This document shows, piece by piece, positions 11,482 through 23,482 of a DNA stretch of 64,000 nt. The position numbers and the translations under genes were made by a program. How positions within the stretch are numbered: the stretch's first letter is position 1; each line of letters begins with the position of its first letter. Where the stretch lies: the NCBI GenBank assembly GCA_016192455.1, contig JACPUC010000012.1, forward strand, positions 1 to 64,000. Direction: 5' to 3'. Origin of the DNA: Candidatus Tectimicrobiota bacterium. GTDB lineage: Bacteria; JACPUC01. The notes under the pieces are model-generated. The model was not told the origin of the DNA, ran no database searches, and saw nothing but the letters and a program-made list of their open reading frames with translations.

Positions 11482-12489
11482 CTACATGGCGCCCTCCACC
11501 CCGATCTTCTTCAGCTCCTTCGCCGCTGTTTTCGCGCTCACCGGCAGGTAGCCGTCCTTCACTACGACGAGCTGCCCCTCCTTGCTGAAGACGAACTTGA
11601 GGAACTCACGGCGCAGCACGTCGAGCTCCCGGTTCGGGTCCTTCACGAGATAGATATTCAGGTAGCGGCTGATGGGGTAGTTGCCCTTGACCACCATCTC
11701 GAAAGTCGGCAGGTAGGCCTTCGCCCCCTCTTTCTTGGCTACGGCCAGGGCTTTCACATCCGAGGTCCGATAGCCGATGCCGCTGTAGCCGATGCCGTTG
11801 CGATCCTCGGTGATGCCCTGCACGACAGAGGCGGAACCCGGCTGTTCCTTCACCTCGTCCTTGTAGTCACCCTCCTTCAGCGCCCCCTCTTTAAAGTACC
11901 CGTAGGTGCCGGAGGCGGAATTGCGCCCATACAGACTGAGGCGCCGGGTTGCCCATTCGCCGCGCAGGCCGAGGTCGCCCCAGGTGGTGATGGCGCGGGG
12001 GTAGCCATGCTTGCGCGTCTTCGAGAAGATCGCGTCCACCTGCGCCAGCGTCAGCTCCTGCAGGGGGTTATCCTTGTTGACGTAAACTGAGAGGCCATCG
12101 AGGGCCACGCTCAGGCGCGCGGGCTTGAAGCCGTACTTCTTCTCGAACGCGTCCTGCTCGTTGGATTTCATGAGGCGGGACATGGGGCCGAACTGCGCCG
12201 TGCCGGCGGCGAGGGCGGGCGGCGCCGTGCTCGAGCCTTTCCCCTCCACCTGGATGTTCACGTTCGGGTAGTACTTCTCGAACCCCTCCGCCCACAGCGT
12301 CACGAGGTTCACCATCGTATCGGAGCCCACGCTGCTGAGGTTGCCGCTCACTCCTTGCACTGCCCGGTAGCTCGGCAGCGCCGGGTCCACCTGCACGGGT
12401 TGCGCTGCCACCCAGACCGGCCAGCTCAGGACGAGCAGGAGAGCTAGGGCCCAAAGGCCGCGCCGACGAGAACCGGATGCCCGCGTCAT
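11482..12489 (-). CDS. pstS: Phosphate ABC transporter substrate-binding protein
   Basis: Signal peptide; GSDTM, GKGSSTA, GRNSASGTY, EQPGSASVVQ, IGYSGIGY, YPISR; RBS GGAGG. Confidence 0.92.
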   Translation of the reverse strand: MTRASGSRRRGLWALALLLVLSWPVWVAAQPVQVDPALPSYRAVQGVSGNLSSVGSDTMVNLVTLWAEGFEKYYPNVNIQVEGKGSSTAPPALAAGTAQFGPMSRLMKSNEQDAFEKKYGFKPARLSVALDGLSVYVNKDNPLQELTLAQVDAIFSKTRKHGYPRAITTWGDLGLRGEWATRRLSLYGRNSASGTYGYFKEGALKEGDYKDEVKEQPGSASVVQGITEDRNGIGYSGIGYRTSDVKALAVAKKEGAKAYLPTFEMVVKGNYPISRYLNIYLVKDPNRELDVLRREFLKFVFSKEGQLVVVKDGYLPVSAKTAAKELKKIGVEGAM

Positions 12490-12694
12490 GGTTTTCCTCC
12501 TTTCCACCGCATGGTGTGCTGCATGAGGGCCCGGCCCGCGTGGCCCGAAGGCGACGCCGCAGCCACGCCGGGCAGGAGCCGCGATGCTGCGTTGGGAATA
12601 ACATAGCAGGACCGTGTGCCGATCAGTTGAACACGCGGCAACGAGACGGTCACATTTCGTGACGATGGCGCAAACTCGGCGGCGCGCTGGGCGC

Positions 12695-13519
12695 TCAGCG
12701 CCGTTGCCGTGGATTCAGGAGGTCGTGGAGGCCATCGCCGAGGAAGTTGAAGCCGAGGATGGTGAGCATGATGGCGAAACCGGGGAAAAGGGTGAGGTGG
12801 GGGGCGACGAGGAGGTAGTGGCGCCCTTCATTGAGCATGCTCCCCCAGCTCGGCGTCGGCGGCTGCACCCCCAGGCCCAGGAAGCTCAAGCCGGCCTCCG
12901 CGAGGATGGCGCCGGCCATGCCGAAGGTGGCCTCCACGATCACCGGCGAGAGGACGTTCGGCAGCAGGTGCCGGGCGATGACGCGGCGGGGCCGCGCTCC
13001 CAGGGCCTGCGCCGCCGTCACGTAGTCGAGCTGGCGGGCCGCCAGCACCTGGCCGCGCACCAGCCGCGCGTAGCCCACCCAGCCCATCACCACGAGGGCC
13101 AGGATGACGTTGCCGAGGCTCGGTCCCAAGACGCCCATCAGCGCAATGGCCAAGAGGATGCCAGGAAAGGCGAGGAAGATGTCGACGAGCCGCATGAGGA
13201 GCTCGTCGAGGCTGCCGCGGAAGTAGCCCGCCAGGGCGCCCAGGAGGGTGCCGATGCCGGCCGCCAGCAGCACCGTCACGACCCCCACGTAGACGGAGAT
13301 GCGCGTGCCGTGGAGGATGCGGCTGAGGATATCGCGTCCCAGGCGGTCCTGCCCCAGGAGGTGCGCGCGCCCCGGCCGCTCCAGCCCCTCGAAGAGGTGT
13401 TGCGCGGTCGGGCTGTGCGGCGCCAGCCACGGCGCCAGCAGGGCGGTGGCCAGCAGGGCGAGGGTGAGTCCCCCGCCGACCCACAGCTTGAGACCAAGAC
13501 GCGGCAGGCGCAGCCTCAC
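12695..13519 (-). CDS. Peptide/nickel ABC transporter permease (DppC/OppC type)
   Basis: HLLGQDRLGRDILSR, EAA-like loop, RHLLPN, EAGLSFLGLG.QPPTPSWG. Confidence 0.93.
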   Translation of the reverse strand: MRLRLPRLGLKLWVGGGLTLALLATALLAPWLAPHSPTAQHLFEGLERPGRAHLLGQDRLGRDILSRILHGTRISVYVGVVTVLLAAGIGTLLGALAGYFRGSLDELLMRLVDIFLAFPGILLAIALMGVLGPSLGNVILALVVMGWVGYARLVRGQVLAARQLDYVTAAQALGARPRRVIARHLLPNVLSPVIVEATFGMAGAILAEAGLSFLGLGVQPPTPSWGSMLNEGRHYLLVAPHLTLFPGFAIMLTILGFNFLGDGLHDLLNPRQRR

Positions 13520-14460
13520 GGCTCGCTCTCCTCCTCCGCCGCAAGACGGAGCCGCGGGTCAATCCAGACGTAGAGGACATCGACGACGAGGTTTACCAGC
13601 ACGTATCCCAGGGCAATCACCAGGACGCACCCCTGCACGAGCGGGAAATCGCGCCCCTGGATGGCCTGGATCACCAGCCGCCCGATCCCCGGCCAGGCGA
13701 AGATCGTCTCCGTGATGATCGCCCCGGAGAGCAACGCCCCGAACTGCAGCCCCAGCACCGTGACGAGCGGGATGAGGGCGTTCGCCAGGGCGTGCTTGAA
13801 GAGCACGAGAAGCTCGCGCAGCCCCTTGGCCCGCGCCGTCCGCAGGTAGTCGCTGCCCAGCACGTCGAGCACCGAGGCCCGCGTCATGCGCGTGAGGATC
13901 GCCGCCAGGGCGCTCCCCAGAGTGAGCGCCGGCAGGACGACGTGCGCCGCGCCGCCGAAGCCGCTCACCGGCAGGAGGCGCAGCTCGATGGCGAAGAAGA
14001 TGATGAGGAGCGGCCCCAGCCAGAAGTTCGGCATCGAGATGCCGAGAAGCGCCAGGAGCATGGAGCCGTGGTCGTAGAGCGTGTTGTGCCGCGCCGCGGC
14101 CAGGATGCCGAGGGGCACCGCCAGGAGAATCGCCACGGCGAGCGACACCACGGTGAGCAGGATGGTTGCCGGCAGGGTGCGGGCAATGGCGGCGAGGACC
14201 GGTTCACGCGTGCTGAGGGAGCGGCCGAGGTCGCCCTGGGCGAGTCGGCCGAGGTAGCGCAGGTACTGGACGTGCAGCGGCGCGTCGAGCCCGAGCTGCC
14301 GCCGCAGGGCCGCCTTGTCCGCCGCCTGCGCCATCTCCCCCAGCATCGACTCCACCGGGTCGCCGGGGATGAGGTGGAGAGTGAGGAAGACGACGGTCAT
14401 CACCCCGAGGACCGCCGGGATGGTCAGCGCCAGACGGCGAAGAACGTAGCGTCGCATCAC
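13516..14460 (-). CDS. Peptide/nickel ABC transporter permease (DppB/OppB type)
   Basis: PGDP, GLDAPL..QY, TARAKGL, ETIFAWPGIG, RDFPLVQG, DPRL. Confidence 0.93.
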   Translation of the reverse strand: MMRRYVLRRLALTIPAVLGVMTVVFLTLHLIPGDPVESMLGEMAQAADKAALRRQLGLDAPLHVQYLRYLGRLAQGDLGRSLSTREPVLAAIARTLPATILLTVVSLAVAILLAVPLGILAAARHNTLYDHGSMLLALLGISMPNFWLGPLLIIFFAIELRLLPVSGFGGAAHVVLPALTLGSALAAILTRMTRASVLDVLGSDYLRTARAKGLRELLVLFKHALANALIPLVTVLGLQFGALLSGAIITETIFAWPGIGRLVIQAIQGRDFPLVQGCVLVIALGYVLVNLVVDVLYVWIDPRLRLAAEEESEP

Positions 14461-14479
14461 TCCCCAGCTCCCGGCCCCG

Positions 14480-16081
14480 TCAGTCGGCGCGCAGCTCCAC
14501 CTCCCGCAGGGACATGAAGTCGCCGGCGGGATGGAGACGGAAGCCCTGCACCGTGGTTCGCATGACGGCGATGTTGGTGGAGTACCAGAGGCTCACGTAC
14601 GGGAGCTCCGCGGCAACCAGCCGTTGCACCTCGCTGTAGATGGCGCGCCGCTCCTCCAGGGTGCCGGCGGCGCGGCCGCGCTCCAGCAGGAGATCGAGAG
14701 GCGCGCTCCGATAGCGTCCGCGGTTCGCCCCCTGCGGCGGCTCGCTGGCGCTGTGCATGGTGTAGTAGTAGATGTCGGGATCGCGCACGCCGACCCAGGT
14801 CAGGGTGTAGAGCTGGAAGTTGCCGCGCGCGATGTCCGCGAAAAAGGTCCCCCACTCGAAGAAGCGTACCTGCAGCTCGATGCCGATCTCCGCCAACTCC
14901 TCCTGGAGGACCAGGGCGATGCGCTGCCGCAGGTCGTTCTGGGTCGTCTTGTAGTGCAGCCGGAAACGCGGCGCCGGCCCCGCTCCATCCGGGTCCGGGA
15001 AGCCCGCCGCGTCGAGGAGGGCGCGCGCCCGCGCCGGGTCGTAGGGGTACGTGGCGACCTCGCCATCGTAGGCCCAGTTGAGGGGCGAGAGCAAGCCGGT
15101 CGCCGGCTCGGCAAGGCCCCGCAGGAGGTGACGGATGATGCTCCGCCGGTCGATGGCATGGGCGATGGCCGCCCGCACCTCCCAGCGGCGCAGGATCGGG
15201 TCGGTGAAGTTGAACCCGAAGTAGGAGTAGTTCGTGCCGGGGCCGGTGACCACCCGCAGGGCGGGATTGCGCCGCAGGCGCGGCAGCAGGTCCGGGGCCA
15301 CCTCGTTCTGAATGAGATCGATGCCGCCGTTCTCCAGCTCCAGCACGCTCACCGTCTGCTCGGGGATGACCCGGAAGAGCAGACCGGCCAGCTTCGGAGG
15401 CCCCTCGAAGGAGTCGCGGTTGGCGCGCAGCTCCAGGGCATCGTCTCCCACCCAGCGGGCGAAGCGGAACGGGCCGGTGCCGATGAGCTGGCGCTGATCA
15501 GCATGTGGCGGGAAGGTGCGCATGCCCTCCCGTGCCCGGGCGTCGCCTGCCGGCGCGGGCCGCGGCAGGATGCCCAGCGAGAGGTTGCCCAAAAAGGGCG
15601 CCTCGTAGGCCGAGAGCGTGAAGCGCACGGTGAGGGAATCCAACGCCGTCACCTCCTGGAGGCCGCGGTAGCTGCCGCGTTTCGGCGAGGCGAGCTCGGG
15701 GTCGAGGAGCGAGGTGTAGGTGTAGACCACATCCTCGGCGGTGAGGGGACGCCCGTCGTGGAAGCGCACCCCCGGACGCAGGTGGAAGATGAACGTCGTC
15801 GGGGAGGGCTGCTCCCAGCTCAAGGCCAGATCGGGCGCCACCCGCGAACGCTCGTCGTAGCGCACCAGGCCATTGAAGATGAGCTGGGCGATGCGGGAAG
15901 AGTTGGCGTCGAGGGCGAAGCGCGGATCGAGGTTCGTGGGACGGCTGTCGAGGGCGATGCGCAGAACGCCCTGGCTGGGGCCGGGGAGGGATCGCGCCCC
16001 ATCACAGGCCGCCAGCCCCATCCCCAGCAGCACCAGGCAGAGAGCGCGGGCCAGCCGTCCTAGGCGCAGCGGCGGTCGCAT
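14480..16081 (-). CDS. Family 5 ABC transporter substrate-binding lipoprotein (DppA/OppA type)
   Basis: Lipobox LAAC, LDP, F.LRPGVRFHDG, GTGPF, VR.AIAHAIDR, YDPARARALL. Confidence 0.92.
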   Translation of the reverse strand: MRPPLRLGRLARALCLVLLGMGLAACDGARSLPGPSQGVLRIALDSRPTNLDPRFALDANSSRIAQLIFNGLVRYDERSRVAPDLALSWEQPSPTTFIFHLRPGVRFHDGRPLTAEDVVYTYTSLLDPELASPKRGSYRGLQEVTALDSLTVRFTLSAYEAPFLGNLSLGILPRPAPAGDARAREGMRTFPPHADQRQLIGTGPFRFARWVGDDALELRANRDSFEGPPKLAGLLFRVIPEQTVSVLELENGGIDLIQNEVAPDLLPRLRRNPALRVVTGPGTNYSYFGFNFTDPILRRWEVRAAIAHAIDRRSIIRHLLRGLAEPATGLLSPLNWAYDGEVATYPYDPARARALLDAAGFPDPDGAGPAPRFRLHYKTTQNDLRQRIALVLQEELAEIGIELQVRFFEWGTFFADIARGNFQLYTLTWVGVRDPDIYYYTMHSASEPPQGANRGRYRSAPLDLLLERGRAAGTLEERRAIYSEVQRLVAAELPYVSLWYSTNIAVMRTTVQGFRLHPAGDFMSLREVELRAD

Positions 16082-16308
16082 CGGTGTGAACTCCTCGGCG
16101 CCCGCTTCCGGCGGCACGACCACCGGCGAGGCAGGGCGCGGGGAAGGCGCAGCCGCGTGCCGGTCTGCCGCACCAGCCGGCGGCGGCGGCCGCCCGCCAC
16201 TCGTCGTCGGCAAGCGTCGTGACGTTCCCCAGGGGAGAAAGGGCCTTGATTTTTCTTGACTCGGGGCAATAATGAGTGCCGTTTTGGCTTCTGACCGAGG
16301 AAGACCGC

Positions 16309-17415
16309 GTGCATACCCTCACCGAGCAGGATTCCTGGCTGGCGCTGAGCCTGGTCCCCGGTCTCTCCACCGCCACCTTCCACCGTCTGGTCGAGGAGCA
16401 CGGGTCGGCCCGCGAGGTCCTTGCCCGGTCGCCCGGGGACCTCCACGCCGCCGGTCTCATCAACGACACCGTCCGCCATGCCCTCGAACAGTTCGAGTGG
16501 CGGCGTGCCGTCGACCTGGAGCGGCGGCGCCTGGAGAAGCTTGCGGCCCGCGCCGTCTGTCTCAGTGATCCGGAGTACCCGGTGAACCTGCGGGTCATCG
16601 AAGACGCCCCGCCGGTGCTCTTCGTGCGCGGCACGCTGCTGCGCGACGACGTGCTGGCCGTGGCGATCGTCGGCACGCGGCGACCGAGCAACTACGGGCG
16701 GCAGCTCGCCGAGAAGCTCAGCCGCGGCCTGGCGGCGCACGGGGTGGTGATCGTCAGCGGCATGGCCCTCGGCATTGATGGGCAGGCGCACCGCGGCGCT
16801 CTGGCCGCGGGGGGGCGCACCCTCGCCGTCCTTGGCAACGGCCTCGACCTCGCGTACCCGCCGGAGAACCGCGAGATGCAGGAGCAGGTGGCCGCGCAGG
16901 GCGCCCTCATCTCCGAGTTTCCCATGCAGACGAAGCCGGACCGCTTCAACTTCCCCCAGCGCAATCGCATCATCAGCGGTCTCGCCCTGGGGACGCTGGT
17001 GGTGGAAGCCGCCGAGAAGAGCGGCGCCCTCATCACCGCCAAGTACGCCCTGGAACAGAACCGGGACCTCTTCGCCGTGCCCGGCAACGTCACCTCAAAG
17101 CTCAGCCGCGGCACGAACACCTTGTTGAAACAGGGAGCCACCCTGGTGACGAGCGAGGAAGACATCCTCGAGAGCCTCCCCTGGTACGCCCGCAAGCTTG
17201 TGCAGCGCACCCGGCGGGACGAGCAGGCGCTCCTGCACGACCTCACCGATGACGACAAGGGGGTCTTGCATGCGGTCACCGCCGAGGAGAAGCACATCGA
17301 TAGGATCATCAATGAGGTCGCCTTGCCGGCGAGCCTCGTGTCGGGAATTCTCGTTCGACTTGAACTCTTGGGTCTGGTAAAGCAATACTCTGGGAAGATG
17401 TTCGTGCGAAGCTGA
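16309..17415 (+). CDS. dprA: DNA-processing protein DprA
   Basis: PPVLFVRG, AIVGTR, IVSGMALGID, FPQRNRIISGL, VVEAAEKSGALITA, C-terminal winged helix. Confidence 0.97.
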   Translation: MHTLTEQDSWLALSLVPGLSTATFHRLVEEHGSAREVLARSPGDLHAAGLINDTVRHALEQFEWRRAVDLERRRLEKLAARAVCLSDPEYPVNLRVIEDAPPVLFVRGTLLRDDVLAVAIVGTRRPSNYGRQLAEKLSRGLAAHGVVIVSGMALGIDGQAHRGALAAGGRTLAVLGNGLDLAYPPENREMQEQVAAQGALISEFPMQTKPDRFNFPQRNRIISGLALGTLVVEAAEKSGALITAKYALEQNRDLFAVPGNVTSKLSRGTNTLLKQGATLVTSEEDILESLPWYARKLVQRTRRDEQALLHDLTDDDKGVLHAVTAEEKHIDRIINEVALPASLVSGILVRLELLGLVKQYSGKMFVRS

Positions 17416-17508
17416 CCTGCGTGAGCCGGTCGGCAAGGCGGCACATTCGCTCTCCCGTGATGCTTGCTGCGTCGTTGACGTAGGCTGAGCAAAGGCGACC
17501 TTCACTCC

Positions 17509-20181
17509 ATGGCGATGACACCCTCGCACTCCCTGGTAGTCGTTGAATCCCCCGCCAAGGCCCGCACCATCGGGCTCATCCTGGGGCAGAAGTTTAGCAC
17601 GCTGGCATCCTACGGTCACGTGCGCGACCTGCCGAACAAGCCGGGATCGGTCGATATCGAGCGCGGCTTCGAACCGAAGTATGAGGTCCTCCCCGACAGC
17701 AAGAAACACCTGGCGAAGATCAAGGAGAAGCTGGCCTCGTGCGGCACGCTCTACCTCGCCACGGACCTCGATCGCGAGGGGGAGGCGATCGCCTGGCATC
17801 TCGTCGAAGCCCTCGGCCTGAACGGCTCGACGCGGGGGAGCGACGGCGCCGCCGCCTCGAAGGCGAAGCGGCGCAGCGCCTCGAGCGTCGAGGTGAAGCG
17901 CATCGTCTTCCACGAGATCACCCGCGAGGCGATCCTGGAGGCCATGCAGCATCCGCGGGACATCGCCTACGCCCTCGTCGACGCCCAAAAAGCGCGCCGG
18001 GTGCTCGATTACCTCGTCGGCTTCAACCTCAGCCCCTTCCTCTGGAAGAAGGTGCGCTACGGCCTTTCGGCCGGACGCGTGCAGTCGGTGGCGCTGCGCC
18101 TCATCTGCGAGCGCGAGCGGGAGATCCAGGCGTTCACCGTCCAGGAGTACTGGACGATCACCGCCGATCTCTCCTCCCTGAAGAGCGGCGGGGAGGCCGC
18201 CACCTTCGCGGCGCGCCTCGTCGAGCTGGAGGGGACGAAGCTCGACAAGTTCGACATCCCCAACGAGGAGCGGGCGCGCCAGCTCGTGGCGCAGTTCGAA
18301 GGCGCCGACTACCAGGTGCTGGCCGTGACGCCGAAGACGAATCGGCGCAACCCGGCCCCGCCCTTCATCACCAGCACCCTGCAGCAGGAGGCGTCGCGCA
18401 AGCTCGGCTTCTCCGCCAACAGGACGATGATGCTGGCGCAGCGGCTTTACGAGGGCATGGACCTCGACGGCGACCGCACCGGCCTCATCACCTACATGCG
18501 CACCGACAGCGTCCACCTCGCCGAGGTGGCGCTGCGCGAGTGCCAGGAGGTTATCCAACGCCTCTATGGCAATGACTACGGTCTGAAGCAGCCGCGCCGC
18601 TTCAAGCGCCAGGTGAAGAATGCCCAGGAGGCCCACGAGGCGATCCGCCCCACCAGCCTGAACCGCCTTCCCGACAGCCTGCGGACGGTGATCTCCGAGG
18701 ACGAGCTGAAGCTCTACGACCTCATTTGGAAGCGCACCATCGCCAGCCAGATGGCGCAGGCCGTGATCGACTCGGTTTCCGTCGACATTCGCGCCGATCG
18801 CCAGGCCGGCTCCGGCGCGCGCTCCGCGCTGCTGCGCGCCACGGGCTCCACCGTCCGGTTCCCCGGCTTCATGCGGGTCTACACGGAAGGCCGCGACGAC
18901 CAGGAGGAGGAGCAAGGGAAGGCGCTGCCGCCGCTTGCGCCGCAGCAGGCGCTGGCGCTCCGCCGGCTCACGCCGGAGCAGCACTTCACCGAGCCGCCGC
19001 CGCGCTACAACGAGGCAACGCTGGTGAAGACCCTGGAGGAGAATGGCATCGGCCGACCCTCCACCTACGCCTCGATCATGAACACGCTGCAGCAGCGTGG
19101 CTACGTCCGCCTGGAGAAGAAGCGCTTCTTCCCGGAGGAGATCGGCCTTGTCGTCAACGACCTGCTGGTGGAGCACTTCTCGAAGTACGTCGATTACCAG
19201 TTCACCGCCCACCTGGAGAACGAACTTGATGTCATCTCCACCGGCAAGGCCGAATGGCGGACCGCGGTGCGCAACTTCTGGGAGCCCTTCATCGCCCTGC
19301 TGACCGAGAAGGAGGCTACGGTGAAGAAGTCCGACGTCACCGAGGAGGCCACGAAAGAGACCTGCCCCGAGTGCGGCAAACCCCTGGTCATCAAGCTGAG
19401 CAAGTACGGCAAGTTCCTCTCCTGCACGGGGTTCCCGGCCTGCAAGTACGGCCGCCCCCTGGAGAAGGAGAAGCCGTCAGCAGCGCAGGAGGCCACGGCG
19501 GAGACCTGCCCCAACTGCGGCAAGCCCCTGGTCATCAAGCTGGGGAAGTACGGCAAATTCCTCTCCTGCACGGGGTTCCCGGCCTGCAAGTACGGCCGCC
19601 CCCTGGAGAAGGAGAAGCCGTCAGCAGCGCAGGAGACCCCCGCCGACGCCGACGCCGCCTGCGAGAACTGCGGCAAGCCGATGGTGCTGAAGCAAGGTCG
19701 TTACGGCAAGTTCCTGGCGTGCACCGGTTACCCCGAGTGCAAGACGACGCGCAAGCTGGGGGGCGAGGCCGGCAAGCCGAAGCAGACCACGCAGGAGACC
19801 GACGAGAAGTGCGACAAGTGCGGCGCCTCGATGGTCATCCGCGAGGGGCGCTTCGGGCGTTTCCTCTCCTGCTCGCGCTATCCCAAGTGCAAGGCGATGC
19901 GGCCGTTCTCCATCGGCGTTGCCTGCCCCGAAAAGGGCTGCAAGGGCTACCTGGGCGAGAAGCGCACGAAGCAGGGCAAACTCTTCTACGGTTGCAGCCG
20001 CTACCCGGACTGCAAGTTCTCGATGTGGGACAAGCCGATTCCGGAGCGCTGCCCAGTCTGCGACCATCCCTACCTGGTGGAGAAGTCGTCGAAGTCCGAC
20101 GGCAAGAGGACCATCTGCCCGGCGCAGGGGTGCTCCTACAGCGTTGCGGCGGCTGAGGTCGCCGCCGCGAAGCGGCAGTGA
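17509..20181 (+). CDS. topA: DNA topoisomerase I with six C-terminal zinc-ribbon units
   Basis: VESPAKA, ATDLDREGEAIAWH, SAGRVQS, LITYMRTD (catalytic Tyr), AQEAHEAIRPT, GIGRPSTY. Confidence 0.98.
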   Translation: MAMTPSHSLVVVESPAKARTIGLILGQKFSTLASYGHVRDLPNKPGSVDIERGFEPKYEVLPDSKKHLAKIKEKLASCGTLYLATDLDREGEAIAWHLVEALGLNGSTRGSDGAAASKAKRRSASSVEVKRIVFHEITREAILEAMQHPRDIAYALVDAQKARRVLDYLVGFNLSPFLWKKVRYGLSAGRVQSVALRLICEREREIQAFTVQEYWTITADLSSLKSGGEAATFAARLVELEGTKLDKFDIPNEERARQLVAQFEGADYQVLAVTPKTNRRNPAPPFITSTLQQEASRKLGFSANRTMMLAQRLYEGMDLDGDRTGLITYMRTDSVHLAEVALRECQEVIQRLYGNDYGLKQPRRFKRQVKNAQEAHEAIRPTSLNRLPDSLRTVISEDELKLYDLIWKRTIASQMAQAVIDSVSVDIRADRQAGSGARSALLRATGSTVRFPGFMRVYTEGRDDQEEEQGKALPPLAPQQALALRRLTPEQHFTEPPPRYNEATLVKTLEENGIGRPSTYASIMNTLQQRGYVRLEKKRFFPEEIGLVVNDLLVEHFSKYVDYQFTAHLENELDVISTGKAEWRTAVRNFWEPFIALLTEKEATVKKSDVTEEATKETCPECGKPLVIKLSKYGKFLSCTGFPACKYGRPLEKEKPSAAQEATAETCPNCGKPLVIKLGKYGKFLSCTGFPACKYGRPLEKEKPSAAQETPADADAACENCGKPMVLKQGRYGKFLACTGYPECKTTRKLGGEAGKPKQTTQETDEKCDKCGASMVIREGRFGRFLSCSRYPKCKAMRPFSIGVACPEKGCKGYLGEKRTKQGKLFYGCSRYPDCKFSMWDKPIPERCPVCDHPYLVEKSSKSDGKRTICPAQGCSYSVAAAEVAAAKRQ
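19343..19635 (+). repeat. Tandem 144-bp in-frame duplication of a TopA zinc ribbon
   Basis: gagacctgcccc at 19357 and 19501; the units differ at only a few positions. Confidence 0.92.
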
Positions 20182-20209
20182 GGCGGGGCGCGAAGGGGAG
20201 AGCAGCGGC

Positions 20210-21235
20210 GTGGCCGAAGCTGGGGAAGCCCGAGGGGACCTCCTGGAAGAGCCCTTCGCGACGTGGCTGAGCGGCTATGAGCGCTACCTCGCCGCTGAGC
20301 TGAATGCCTCGCCGCACACGGTGAGCGCCTACCTCCGCGATGCGCGGCAGTTCGCGCGGTACCTCTCGGCGCGCGGCCTGCTTCCGCCGTCCCCCGCGCA
20401 GCCGCCGCCGGGCGCGCCGACCGACCCCGGCCACCTCGCCGCGCAGCTCTTCAGCCGCGGGGTGCTGCGCGGCTACCTCGCCGAGCTGCATCGCCGCCGA
20501 CTGAGCGCGCGCTCCGTCGCCCGCAAGCTCTCCGCCCTGCGCAGCCTGACGCGCTACCTCGGCCGCGAGGGCCTGCTGGAAGCAAATCCGCTCCGCCGCC
20601 TGCCGACCCCCCGCCAGCCCCGCCGGATCGTGACCAGTCTCGGCGTGGACGACGTGTTCCGCCTCCTCGAGCTGCCCACCGGCGAGACGGTCCTCGGGCT
20701 GCGCGACCGCGCCATGCTGGAGCTCCTCTACGCCTGCGGCCTGCGCGTCGCCGAGCTCACCACCCTGCGGCGCGGCCAGCTCGACCTGGAGTCGCGCACG
20801 CTGCGGGTGCGGGGCAAGCGCCGCAAGGAGCGCCTGGTCCCCGTCGGGCGAAAAGCGGTGGCGGCGCTGCGGGCCTACCTGGCGCGGCGCGCGGAGCTCC
20901 TCCACCGCGGCTCCGGGACGACCGCCGCGGGCCATCTCCAGCGGCCTCCCCACGACCCCGGTTGGCTTTTCCTCAACCATCGCGGCGAGCCGATCTCGCC
21001 GCGCGGGGTGCAGCAGATGCTCGCCAGGCTGGTCGCCCAGGCGGCGAGCCACTTGAAGGTGACGCCGCATGTCCTGCGCCACAGTTTCGCCACTCACCTG
21101 CTCGATGGCGGGGCAGATCTGCGCGCCATCCAAGAGCTGCTTGGACATGCCAGCCTCTCCTCTACCCAGGTTTACACGCACGTCAGCCTCGATCGCCTCA
21201 TGGACGTCTACGACCGTACCCACCCCCGCGCCTGA
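20210..21235 (+). CDS. xerC: Tyrosine recombinase XerC
   Basis: RDRAMLELLYACGLRVAE, GKRRKER, HVLRHSFATHLL..GADLR.IQELLGH, TQVYTHV; topA-xerC-hslVU context. Confidence 0.93.
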   Translation: MAEAGEARGDLLEEPFATWLSGYERYLAAELNASPHTVSAYLRDARQFARYLSARGLLPPSPAQPPPGAPTDPGHLAAQLFSRGVLRGYLAELHRRRLSARSVARKLSALRSLTRYLGREGLLEANPLRRLPTPRQPRRIVTSLGVDDVFRLLELPTGETVLGLRDRAMLELLYACGLRVAELTTLRRGQLDLESRTLRVRGKRRKERLVPVGRKAVAALRAYLARRAELLHRGSGTTAAGHLQRPPHDPGWLFLNHRGEPISPRGVQQMLARLVAQAASHLKVTPHVLRHSFATHLLDGGADLRAIQELLGHASLSSTQVYTHVSLDRLMDVYDRTHPRA

Positions 21236-21389
21236 GCGGCGCGCCCCGCGTCCCCGTCAATCGGTTGCGCGCGCGCGGGCGCTGATATATGTTCATGCAG
21301 CGAGAGGCCGAGTGGGTGGCAGGCGCTGAGGTTCCATGACTGCTCGCAATCCTTTTCGCATCTCCTCCCAAGCAAGCGCAGAGACAGGC

Positions 21390-21938
21390 ATGAGACGCGC
21401 GCAGACTCCGCGGCCGCACGGCACCACGGTGCTTGCGGTACGGCATGGCGGCCGACTGGCCATGGCTGCCGATGGGCAGGTGACCTTCGGCCAGACGGCG
21501 ATGAAGCACCAGGCGCGCAAGCTGCGCCGTCTGCATGGCGATGCCGTGCTGGCGGGGTTCGCCGGCGGCGCCTCCGACGCCTTCGCTCTCTTCGAGCGCT
21601 TTGAGGGCAAGCTGAAGGAGTACCGCGGCAACCTGCAGCGGGCGGCGGTGGAGATGGCGAAAGACTGGCGCACGGACCGCGTGCTGCGCCGACTCGAGGC
21701 CATGCTCGTGGTCGCCGACACCGAGCACCTCCTCGTGCTCTCCGGCACGGGGGACCTCATCGAGCCCGATGACGGGGTGGTCGGCATCGGTTCCGGCGGG
21801 CCGTATGCCATGGCGGCGGCGCGCGCCCTGGTGCGCCACTCATCCCTCACGGCGCGCGAGATCGCCATTGAAGCCTTGAAGATCGCCGCCTCCCTCTGCA
21901 TCTATACCAACGAAGAACTGAGCATCGAGGAGATCTAG
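21390..21938 (+). CDS. hslV: ATP-dependent protease peptidase subunit
   Basis: GTTVLAV, ADGQVT, GFAG..DAF.LFE, DWRTDR, GSGG, CIYTN. Confidence 0.97.
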   Translation: MRRAQTPRPHGTTVLAVRHGGRLAMAADGQVTFGQTAMKHQARKLRRLHGDAVLAGFAGGASDAFALFERFEGKLKEYRGNLQRAAVEMAKDWRTDRVLRRLEAMLVVADTEHLLVLSGTGDLIEPDDGVVGIGSGGPYAMAAARALVRHSSLTAREIAIEALKIAASLCIYTNEELSIEEI

Positions 21939-22038
21939 AAGCCGTGGCGCCGGTGGTGCCGTGCCGGCGGGGAAACCACGGCGGCCGAGCGTGCCAGGCG
22001 CGCCGGCGTCCCGGCGCTGCGCCGCAGCAAGGTTCAGC

Positions 22039-23397
<1,359 letters not shown>

Positions 23398-23482
23398 CGT
23401 CGGGCGCGCCCCGCCGGCCGCCGCGTCAGCATCTCCATCCGAGCCGCTGGCGTCGCGGCCGCACGGCAGTGAGGGAGACTCG

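Noticed and set aside
12695..16081. Peptide ABC transporter lacking ATPase genes
   Set aside because: ATPases encoded elsewhere are common; not distinctive
20210..21235. Tyrosine recombinase as a prophage or island integrase
   Set aside because: Sits in the conserved topA-xerC-hslVU context with no att repeats or cargo; absence of trmFO is common
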